Both the position numbers and the translations under genes were made by a program. This document shows, one piece after another, positions 55,703 through 63,515 of a DNA stretch of 64,000 nt. The stretch lies in contig CAVPJO010000015.1 in the NCBI GenBank assembly GCA_963705425.1, forward strand, positions 94 through 64,093, read 5' to 3'. Every line of letters starts with the position of its first letter. The stretch's first letter is position 1. The notes under the pieces are model-generated. The model had not been told where the DNA came from and did not search any database. It worked only from the letters and a program-made list of their open reading frames with translations. Origin of the DNA: an uncultured Chloroflexia bacterium. Its GTDB lineage: Bacteria; Chloroflexota; Limnocylindria; Limnocylindrales; CSP1-4.

Positions 55703-56540
55703 CGCTCGCACCCGCTCGACGTTGGCCTCCGACGGAGCAGGCTCGCGCCGGAGCTCGGACGGCAGGTCCTGCCCGCTGAGCCAAGCCTCGACCGTGCGGA
55801 TGTGCAGGTCGGGTGCCTGCCGCTGCCAGCAGTGGAAGAGGCCGGGCGCATACCAGGCCTCGCCGTGGGGCATGAGCACGGCCAGGGCCGCGTTGGTCTC
55901 TCGGGTGTCCCCACCCCGGAACCCGGATTCCCTCTCCCCGGCGATGAGCAGGGTCGGACATGGCGCATCGATGACCGCGGAGGTCCTGAAGCACTCTGCG
56001 ATGGCACGCCCGAACGCCCGGCGCGATGCGACGCGCAGGTCGGCCGGGTCATGCGTATCCCGGTTGAGCGCCAGGATCGGGCGGGTATGGATGAATGGCG
56101 CCAGCAGGACAGACGAGGGCGACGAGCCGACGGCTCCGAGCGCGGACCGGGGTGCCGTCGATGATGGCCCGCTCGACACGGTCGGGATGGCGGCGCAGCA
56201 GCGCGTGGATGATCATGCCACCCGAGGAGATGCCGACGACACTGGCCCGTCGTGCCGGGACGCGCTGCTCGATGAGCCTGGCGACGAGGTCCGCCGTCTG
56301 GCTGAATGACGCCGATGGCAGCTGGCTGCTGCGCCCGAAGCCGGGCAGGTCCGGGGCCAGGCAGTGGAAGTCGGTGAGCCTCTCCATGTGCCGCGCCACT
56401 CCCGGCCGCTCTGGCCGGCTCCGTGGATGAAGACGATGGCCGGCGAGCCGGGAGTGCCCGACTCCTCGACGTACATGCCGCCTGGCCCGCGAGTCCGGGG
56501 TCGGCTCCGGTGCGACCGTGCTCCGCACCTTCGCGTTCAT
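55700..56540 (-). CDS. Alpha/beta-hydrolase; several frame interruptions, 3' boundary approximate
   Basis: MNAKVRS start at 56540 (ATGA overlap with the upstream MT stop). YVEESGTPGSPAIVFIHGAGQSG, FHCLAPDLPGFGRS, the nucleophile elbow VVGISSGGMI and LLIAGERE. Confidence 0.72.
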
Positions 56541-57285
56541 GTCCGACCTCCTCCACGAGCACCGTCGTCTCGGCGGGCTCCTCGATGCCGGCGCTGCCGG
56601 CTTGGTGCCCCGGACGAGCTGGAAGGAGAGCACCGGCAGGACCGAGACCGAGACGTCGCCGAAGCCGGCCTCCTCCACCAGCCGCCGCGCGTCGGCGTCG
56701 CTCCAGCGCCAGAAGCCCCATTCGTTCTCGTGCCCGAGTCGGGCTCGGCGTCTCGGACGGCACCCATCGTGACGACCGCCCGCCCACCAGGGCGGAGCAC
56801 GCGGTGCATCTCGCTCAAGGCCCTCGCGGGTCGGGGACGAACTCGAGGCGTCGAAGGCGGTGACGACGCTGAAGCGGGCGTCCTCCCAGGGCAGGGCCGC
56901 GGCGTCACCCAGGACGATCTCGGCCGTGCCCGCGGCGAGACGGTCGGCGAGGCGTTTCCGGGCCATGCCCACCTGGATCTCCGAGGCGTCGAGGCCGGCG
57001 ACGTGGCGCACGTGCGCCGCGTGCTGGCGATGAGCACCCCGCCGACCCGCAGCCGACGTCGAGCACGTCGTCGTCAGGCCGGAGGTCCAGCTCCCCGGCC
57101 ATGTCGCGGTAGAACTTGCCCTTCATCGACGCCATCAGCCGGGCACCGATCCAGCCCGAGGGACCGTGGGGCACTCCCGAAGCAACGCGTAGTCGAACGA
57201 CTCCTACGCAGACCCATCGCACGTTCCCCCTTGCGCGGGCCGGGTTCGCCAGTGGCTCGGCGCGGTCCTCAGCGGCCATGGTCAC
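56537..57285 (-). CDS. Class I SAM-dependent methyltransferase (paralog of 55026-55702); several frame interruptions
   Basis: MAAEDRAEPLANPAR..HGPSGWIGARLMASMKGKFYRDMAGELDLRPDDDVLDVGCGSAG, RHVAGLDASE, AAGTAEIVLGDAAALPWEDARFSVV, MHRVLRPGGRAVVTMG and WRWSDADARRLVEEAGFGDVSVSVLPV. Confidence 0.75.
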
Positions 57286-57606
57286 GGACCGTGCGTCGTC
57301 AGCCTCCCGCTACCCACCATTCTCGCGCCGCCGCCAAGACCATGGTGCGGTCGGGACTTATCAGCCGGGCGGCAGCGAGTCAGCATCATGGAGGCTGCCC
57401 GGATCACGCTCGCGAACCGCACAATAATCGAGGCCTTCGCCGCTCTGGCCGTCGCGCGTGGGACCCCGGAGCCTTCGCCGCTCGAGCCCGAAAGGCTCCC
57501 AAAGCATGTGCGCTACCTCTGCGCTACACCCCGACGAGTTCGTGCGTGACTAGGGTACACAGCGCGCCTCGATAGCGACACCGAGGGGCCTACGGCGCTC
57601 GAAGCG
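57235..57606 (-). repeat. tRNA-Pro-half repeat unit, copy C (long form: core 57405-57606 plus a 170-nt leader homologous to 62919-63088)
   Basis: The arm CACGCTCGCGAACCGCACAATAATCGAGGCCTTCGCCGCTC... is followed by tRNA nt 1-40 at 57495-57533 (loop identical to the real tRNA) and then the upstream-region homolog. The leader block 57235-57313 is about 85% identical to copy D. Confidence 0.85.
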
Positions 57607-57616
57607 CGGCTGGGCA

Positions 57617-57892
57617 CTAGCGGTCGCGGATGTAGACCGCCAGTGGCTCACCGTGCCGCTTCGGCTTGTCCGCTGGTTCCCCGACCTCCTCGATGAGCGG
57701 GCGAAATGGCTCAACGTAGAAGTCGGCGATCGCGCCTGGTGTATCCCAGACGTTGAGCACCGTCACGCGCCCCTCGCCAGCGTCCCAGGCGACCGAGACC
57801 ACAAGGGCCTCGGGTGGCTCGGTAACGATGCGGGTGCCCTCGCTGATCGCCTCCCACAGCTCGCGAGTGGAGGTCACTGTCTCGACGAACAT
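57617..57892 (-). CDS. Small hypothetical protein (possibly ABM/dimeric alpha-beta-barrel-like)
   Basis: Uninterrupted 91 aa with genome-typical GC-rich codons. The fold guess comes from size and pattern only. Confidence 0.5.
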   Translation of the reverse strand: MFVETVTSTRELWEAISEGTRIVTEPPEALVVSVAWDAGEGRVTVLNVWDTPGAIADFYVEPFRPLIEEVGEPADKPKRHGEPLAVYIRDR

Positions 57893-57898
57893 CCGACG

Positions 57899-58267
57899 TT
57901 ACAGCGTCGCGATGCCGAGGATGTTGCCCTCGGAGTCCTTTAGCCAGGCCATCTTCCGGCCACTGGGGCTGGTGGCGATGCTGTCGACGGTGCGGAAGGC
58001 CTCACCGAAGTCGTAGTCCTCGAAGACCGCACCGCGGGACTTGAGCTCAGCCACCGTGGCCAGGACGTCGTCGGCGCCGATGACGGCGGCGGTCGCCTGG
58101 TTCGTGCCGGCGAACTCGGATCGGTAGAGCATGAAGCCTGTGTCATCGACCTGATACCAGGCGCTCCCGTCCTCGGTGATCTCTGTCGGTTCAAGCTGGA
58201 GGACCGAGGCATACCAAGCCTTGGCTCGCTCCATGTCGGATGCGGGGAGGGTGGCAGCGATCTGCAT
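57899..58267 (-). CDS. VOC / glyoxalase-family protein
   Basis: Uninterrupted 122 aa with MERAKAWYASVLQLEP and WLKDSEGNILGI, typical of the VOC fold. Confidence 0.72.
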   Translation of the reverse strand: MQIAATLPASDMERAKAWYASVLQLEPTEITEDGSAWYQVDDTGFMLYRSEFAGTNQATAAVIGADDVLATVAELKSRGAVFEDYDFGEAFRTVDSIATSPSGRKMAWLKDSEGNILGIATL

Positions 58268-58539
58268 GGGTCATTCCTCGTGCGCCCCCCATGATTGGGA
58301 CGCGTGGCAGACCCGTGCGGAGTCGCCTCGCGAGGGGTCAGCATACGCTGTGCGCGCAGGCGGGCGGAGGACGGCTGTTCGGGCATAGGTTTCGCCCAGT
58401 CCGCCACCAAGCCGGCGGCCCTGGGGCTCGAACCCTCGGTTCACGAAGTACGCGAGCCGCCGCGCTTCGAAGTCAGACTCGGTCGCCGAGTCCTTCGGTG
58501 TTCGTGAGACGACGAAGGTCACGCTGAGCCGCCGGGCGA

Positions 58540-58610
58540 CCGAGTCGGCAACGGCCTCACTGTCCCCCGTTGGCTACGGCTCGTTCAGCGCTCGAACCGC
58601 ACCATAACCG
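58540..58610 (-). repeat. Truncated repeat copy (upstream-region part only)
   Basis: CCGAGTCGGCAACGG...TTCAGCGCTCGAACCGCACCATAACC matches the distal end of copies D and E (CCGAGTCGGTAGCGG...TTCAGCGCTCGAACCGCAC). No tRNA half is present. Confidence 0.6.
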
Positions 58611-58800
58611 GCACAGGCGGCCTCAACGGACCCAGACGGTTAGGGTCGCGCTTGTTGTCGGAACCAAGCCGCGAACCAGAATGCGGCCCTCGATCGGGCT
58701 TGAGCCAGCCACGAGCATCCACGATCCGCGGTCTGCACTTGGCGCGCCACGTGGCGTAGGATGTATCGTCCGTGGGGGTGCTTATCGCGGGAGACTCACT

Positions 58801-59453
58801 TTGCCTCACCGTCCGGCCTTGCTCCGCTCGATATCAGCCGCCGTCGTGCTCGCCCTCGCCCTCGGATCTACCGTGGCGGCCGGCCATCCAGAGGAACGGG
58901 GGCTGTCCGATGAAGCCAGTGCGCTCGTCCGGAACGCGGTGCCGATGTCGGACGACCAGAGCTGCGCGTTCGAGGAGCGCAACTTCTCCGGTGGCCGAAC
59001 GGCGCTCCGGCAAGATGGCACCGCGGACGACGTGGACGTCGAAACAGAGCCACCCTCCCCTTCAGGACCTCGATCGAGGTCGACGGCGCGATCGACGCGG
59101 TCCCATCGTCAGCGACCGAGGCGTGCGCTACCGCCCATCAAGGGACGACCGCAGTGGCGCAAGCCGCCGATGAGCCTCCGCCCGCGACGGTCGAGGTGGA
59201 AGCTCGGGACCTGTGGTTCAAACCGGCTGCGCTCACGGTCCCCGGCTCCGAGCACTGGACGATCAGGCTCAAGAACGCCGGACGTGTCGTACACAACCTG
59301 ACGGTGGACGAGCTCGGGATCGTGATCGTCGTGACCGCGGGCGAGCTGGGCGAAGCGATCCTGACCGATATCGAGCCCGGCACGTACGCGTTCTACTGCT
59401 CGATCTCCGGACATCGGGAAGCCGGCATGGTGGGCACGCTCACCGTCCAGTGA
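58801..59453 (+). CDS. Secreted cupredoxin (plastocyanin/azurin-like copper protein); frame interruption(s) around 59050-59160
   Basis: TTG at 58801 with signal-like LLRSISAAVVLALALGSTVAAG. The C-terminal domain in ORF 59154-59453 has VHNLTV and the copper-ligand pattern YAFYCSISGHREAGMVGTLTV (C..H....M). Confidence 0.7.
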
Positions 59454-59539
59454 TGGTGCGCTGGCCGCTGACGTTTGGAGAACTGAAAGAAGCGCGCCGG
59501 CCGTTGGCCGACGCGCTTCCTGTCAAGGCAGGCCGATCG

Positions 59540-60694
59540 CTACGGCTGGATGCTGACGAGCCCACCCGCGCCGGGTGGGCAGCCGGTGCAGGTCGAGACG
59601 TAGACCGTGCCATCGTCGGAGACGGCCAGACCGCCGGGCATCGGTAGGCCATCACTGGTGATGAGCTCTGCAGTGCCACCACCGGGGGGAACCTTCCACA
59701 GCCCACCCATGGGAGGTCCGTCTTCTCCCGCACTCAGGAGCCCTTCATGAGCGAGCTCGAGCACGTAGAGCGTGCCATCGAGCGCGAACTCGACGTCGAT
59801 CACGTTGGTGAAGCCATCGGCGTACACCGAAGGCTCCTCCCCGGGTGCGACGCGATACACCGCGGCGCCACCGGGCGGGAATGGGAAGCCGGTCAGTTCT
59901 CCTACATAGAGAGCACCATCATCGCCGAGCGCCACTCCTGTCGGGACCGGATCCATCGGAATCATGGGCGGCTCTGCGTCCGGGTCAGGCTCAGCTTCCG
60001 GGTCTGGCGGAGCGGGCTGCATCACGACTGGGAAGACAGCGAGGGTCGAGATGACACCCCCGGCATCAACGAGTAGCAGGGTGTTCGCGCCCGCGTCCGC
60101 GATGGCGGCACCTTCTGGCGTCTCCACCAATCCATGGGCATTCGAATCAGGCTCGGCATTGCCTGGCTGTTCGGCATCGGGGTTGACGGTTGTCTCGTAA
60201 TCAGCGACGTCGGCCACGCTCTGGGCCAAACCATCAGCATCGATGCGGTAGAGCTGGCCCATGCCCGCAGCGGCGCCGTCGGGGATGGACTCGCGGAACT
60301 CTGCAGACCCAGCAGCGGGGCCTCCGACCAGGAACCAAACGGTCCCATCGGCACCCACGGTGACATCCGATGGCCCGATAGCCTCTCCGGTCGCGGTGAG
60401 CCCAGAAGCAAGACCGTCGACGAGGGGTGAAGCCTCACCACCCGAGACAGCGGTGATAGCGCCACTCGCTCCGAAACACATATCGCCGAGTTCTGAATGC
60501 GTCGCACACGGCTCCGTGCCACCAACCCCTGCCTCAGCGACATAGATCGTGCCGTCGGCGCCGATGGCGACACCGCGGGGCGAATTCAAGCCGCCGACCA
60601 CTTCGGTGATCGCCGGTCCCTGTGCCGCCACTGGCGCAGCCACCGCGACCACCAACGCGACCCCCATCGCAATCCCCCTGCCGGTTCCCCGCAT
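59540..60694 (-). CDS. ScyD/ScyE-family beta-propeller-like secreted protein
   Basis: Uninterrupted 384 aa with a signal peptide. GGLNSPRGVAIGADGTIYVAEAGVGG..C....GASGAIT and repeated DGT(V/L)Y(V) blades. The family assignment is from remembered sequence patterns. Confidence 0.65.
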   Translation of the reverse strand: MRGTGRGIAMGVALVVAVAAPVAAQGPAITEVVGGLNSPRGVAIGADGTIYVAEAGVGGTEPCATHSELGDMCFGASGAITAVSGGEASPLVDGLASGLTATGEAIGPSDVTVGADGTVWFLVGGPAAGSAEFRESIPDGAAAGMGQLYRIDADGLAQSVADVADYETTVNPDAEQPGNAEPDSNAHGLVETPEGAAIADAGANTLLLVDAGGVISTLAVFPVVMQPAPPDPEAEPDPDAEPPMIPMDPVPTGVALGDDGALYVGELTGFPFPPGGAAVYRVAPGEEPSVYADGFTNVIDVEFALDGTLYVLELAHEGLLSAGEDGPPMGGLWKVPPGGGTAELITSDGLPMPGGLAVSDDGTVYVSTCTGCPPGAGGLVSIQP

Positions 60695-61095
60695 GGGAAC
60701 ACCTCCATCAGGTCGGTGTGGTCGAACCCCGGTGGCTCACCGACAACGCTCATCCGAGGCTGGGCATATTGGGGCTCGTGGTCTCGAATGTCTACCTCAC
60801 CGCTAAACATTCTGGGAAATGCCAGTGATGGCGCGGAAGCGGGCTCGCAGGCCAGATACGCGATGCCCGATCCCGAGCGGCTGGAGAATGACCTCGACGA
60901 GCGCGCGTTTCGGTCGGCGACATCATCGTGATCTGGTACAGGGGGACCGGCGGCTAAGCTGGATTGTCGTGCTTCGAGCAGTGGCCGGACAGGGACCCTT
61001 GGACGATCCAGGGCTTCATCTTCTCCGGAGACCCGCCGACCCTGTAGGCCGGGCCGGGCAGCCTTGACTCTGCCCGGACCTCCAGCTGGGTGGAT

Positions 61096-61308
61096 CACGC
61101 TCGCGAACCGCACAATAATCGAGGCCTTCACCGCTCGGCCCGCCACGCTCGGGACCCCGGAGCCTTCGCCGCTCGAGCCTGAAAGGCTCCCAAAGCATGT
61201 GCGCTACCGCTGCGCTACACCCCGACGGAGTTCGTGCGTGCCTAGGGTACACAGCGCGCCTCGATAGCGACACCGAGTGGGCCTACAGCGCTCGAACCGC
61301 ACAATAAC
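61096..61308 (-). repeat. tRNA-Pro-half repeat unit, copy E
   Basis: The arm starts at 61096, tRNA nt 1-40 lie at 61186-61224, and the upstream-region homolog ends CGCTCGAACCGCACAATAACC (61289-61309). Confidence 0.85.
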
Positions 61309-61384
61309 CCCTGGGTGTTCGAGGTCGTGGACCATGACGGGGCTCGCGGCCGCGGATGCAGGTCTCCCGCGGCGACGTACGGAC

Positions 61385-62122
61385 TCAGGCGTGCAGGAAC
61401 TCGGGTTCGACGTGAACTGGTTCGCCCCGACTGAACCGGAAGTCGCATCGCTGTCCACCCTGGGCGATGGTCTCGGTCCGGTCGAGCTTCACATCCATGG
61501 CCGCAGTCATCGGATAGTCGATCCAACAGAGGTACGGAGCGAGCTCCGGGGCACCCTCGCGAGCGAGGTACTTGACGACGCCGCACTCGCTGTAGTCGAC
61601 GCCGAACTCGAACTCCTGCCCATCGCCATCCACGACCTCGAACACCCAGTCCTCCGGATAGCGGCGCTGCTGGCTAAGCGCAGCGACACGCCGTCGCCTG
61701 TCCATGCGCCTCCGACTGAAGTGGCGACGGCCTTGCCATCGCATGAGCCAGCGCATCGGGACGCTGTCGAAATAGCTGGCTGTTCCAGGGTAGAACAAGC
61801 GGGCAGCCTCCTCGACCGAGGCCCCACGCGCCTGTAGCGAGCGGTACATCGCCAGCCACGCAGCCGTCCAGTACAGAGATCGCGTGTTCGGGTTCTCGGC
61901 ACCGCCGATGTAGGGGAGATCAAGCAGCAAGGCCTCGAAGCGCTGGAGCGACTCCTTGACGATGGCCTCTCCCTCCGCTTTGCCGTAGGCCGCAGCGAGA
62001 TGCCTCCTGTAGTGGCGGAAGGCGAGCCGCACGTCCCACATGATCCGGGACTTGTGTTTCACGTACCAGCTATCGGTCTCCACTCCAGCCTCCTTCGCTG
62101 CTTGTCTCCCTGCCGCTGGCAT
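61385..62122 (-). CDS. L-2-amino-thiazoline-4-carboxylic acid hydrolase-family protein
   Basis: Uninterrupted 245 aa. The C-terminal SECGVVKYLAREGAPELAPYLCWIDYPMTAAMDVKLDRTETIAQGGQRCDFRF matches the family's Cys-containing signature region as I recall it. Confidence 0.65.
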   Translation of the reverse strand: MPAAGRQAAKEAGVETDSWYVKHKSRIMWDVRLAFRHYRRHLAAAYGKAEGEAIVKESLQRFEALLLDLPYIGGAENPNTRSLYWTAAWLAMYRSLQARGASVEEAARLFYPGTASYFDSVPMRWLMRWQGRRHFSRRRMDRRRRVAALSQQRRYPEDWVFEVVDGDGQEFEFGVDYSECGVVKYLAREGAPELAPYLCWIDYPMTAAMDVKLDRTETIAQGGQRCDFRFSRGEPVHVEPEFLHA

Positions 62123-62128
62123 CGGCTC

Positions 62129-62893
62129 TCAACCGACGGCGACGGCCTCCGCTGGGGCCGCCTCTTCCACCGCCTCGACGGAGGCTGGCTTCACAGCGGT
62201 GACGATCCGGACCTGGTCGCTGCCGAACAAGAGCCGGCAGATGGAGTTGGCGAGGCGGTTGTCCCCACCCGTCGGTCGGTATGCCATCGATACCTCGAAC
62301 CCCGCGGCCTCGACCATGCGCCGGACGTCAGCTTCGTTCCGCGAAACGTGCCCCAGGACCTTGCGGGGTTCGGCACCTTCCGGCATCCGCATACCGATCA
62401 TCATCACCGCACGTCCTCCTGGCCGGAGGACCCGGTGGAACTCGCGCAGGACACCGTCGGGATGGGGGAAGAACGAGAAGGCGTCCATGCACGTGAGCGC
62501 GCTGAAGCGATCGTCCGCCCATGGAAGCGCCTCGGCGTCGCCCTCGACGACCTCGGCGGTCCCGGCCGCGATGCGCTCGGCGAGCCGCTGCCGTGCCAGC
62601 TCGACCTTGATGTCGTAGAGGTCGAGGCCCGCCACGTAGCGAGCCGGCCGAGCGTACTGCTCGAGGAAGGCCCCGTCGCCGCAAGCGACGTCCAGGACCT
62701 CGTCCTCCGGTCCAGGGTCGAGCAGCTCGGCCATCAGTTTGTAGCCAGGCCCGTTCATCCAGCTGTTGATGGCGCTGGCGGTCGCGCCGCCCGGCATGTT
62801 GCCGGGGACCGCCGGGACCGACCGGGCGATCCAGAGCGCAACGGCGGCGAGCGCGGCGGTGGCGGCGAGCGCGACAAGAACCAGGCGACGCAT
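62129..62893 (-). CDS. Class I SAM-dependent methyltransferase with an N-terminal membrane anchor
   Basis: GGAGGACAGGAG lies before the ATG at 62893. MRRLVLVALAATAALAAVALWIA, VLDVACGDGAFL, YVAGLDL, AAGTAEVVEGDAEALPWADDRFS and FHRVLRPGGRAVMMIG. Uninterrupted. Confidence 0.8.
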   Translation of the reverse strand: MRRLVLVALAATAALAAVALWIARSVPAVPGNMPGGATASAINSWMNGPGYKLMAELLDPGPEDEVLDVACGDGAFLEQYARPARYVAGLDLYDIKVELARQRLAERIAAGTAEVVEGDAEALPWADDRFSALTCMDAFSFFPHPDGVLREFHRVLRPGGRAVMMIGMRMPEGAEPRKVLGHVSRNEADVRRMVEAAGFEVSMAYRPTGGDNRLANSICRLLFGSDQVRIVTAVKPASVEAVEEAAPAEAVAVG

Positions 62894-62918
62894 CTCCTGT
62901 CCTCCCCAACATGCATCC

Positions 62919-63294
62919 GCGGGCCGGGTTCGCCAGTAGCTCGGCACGGTCCAAGGCGGCCATGGCAGGGACCGGGCGTCGTAGCCTCCCGCTACATCAG
63001 ATTATCCCGTGGTCGCCAAGCCAGAAGTCACCGTCCAGGCGGCTCGCTCGGACAGCCATGGCTCCACCATCCGGAGTGCGCCGCAAACCACGCTCGCGAA
63101 CCGCTCAATAATCGAGGCCTTCACCGCTCGGTGCATCACGCTCAACGATCCGGAGCCTTCACCGCTCGAGCCTGAAAGGCTCCCATGGCATGTGCGCTAC
63201 CTCTGCGCTACACCCCGACGAGTCCGTGCGTGACTAGGGTACACAGGGTGCGTCCGAGTCGGTAGCGGTGGACCTTCAGCGCTCGAACCGCACG
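62919..63294 (-). repeat. tRNA-Pro-half repeat unit, copy D (long form: leader 62919-63088 plus core 63089-63294)
   Basis: The arm CACGCTCGCGAACCGCTCAATAATCGAGGCCTTCACCGCTC... is followed by tRNA nt 1-40 at 63179-63217 (loop reads CAUGGGA) and the upstream-region homolog ending TTCAGCGCTCGAACCGCACG. Confidence 0.85.
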
Positions 63295-63515
63295 CTGGCC
63301 CGGTCCTCTAGAGCTCAGTGATCAGCACCCATAGCCCGTTGGACAGTTCGACCAACAGCACTCCACACGGCGCGTTCCACTGCCAATGCCCGCGATGGCG
63401 GCAGCCACCGTTCCGGTGTCAGCAGCCACAGTGGTCGAAGTCTCCGCGTGGTGGTGTCCGCGATCGCGACCTCCTGCCACTGCGGCAGTGTCGGTTTGGG
63501 CCACCTACCGCTACG

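Noticed and set aside
57235-57404. A known riboswitch (SAM/SAH class) in the conserved leader upstream of the methyltransferase paralogs.
   Set aside because: I could not match any riboswitch consensus from memory, and I cannot run cmsearch. It is left as an unclassified conserved leader in the findings rather than called as a riboswitch.
58271-58522. An 83-aa ORF with a GNAT-like C-terminal flavour (RRLAYFVNRGFEPQG).
   Set aside because: It is too short and too weak a match to call, and no acetyl-CoA-binding motif is visible. It may be a gene fragment next to the truncated repeat copy.
61096-61185. The ~90-nt arm of the repeat units as a degenerate tRNA 3' half, which would make the units complete tRNA pseudogenes.
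   Set aside because: There is no T-arm (GTTCRANYC-like) sequence, no segment complementary to the acceptor 5' strand, and no CCA context. The arm is conserved among copies but unrelated to the real 3' half at 53191-53226.
54766-63294. Repeat units as MITEs or IS remnants.
   Set aside because: The unit ends are direct repeats, not inverted ones. I see no target-site duplications and no transposase fragment.
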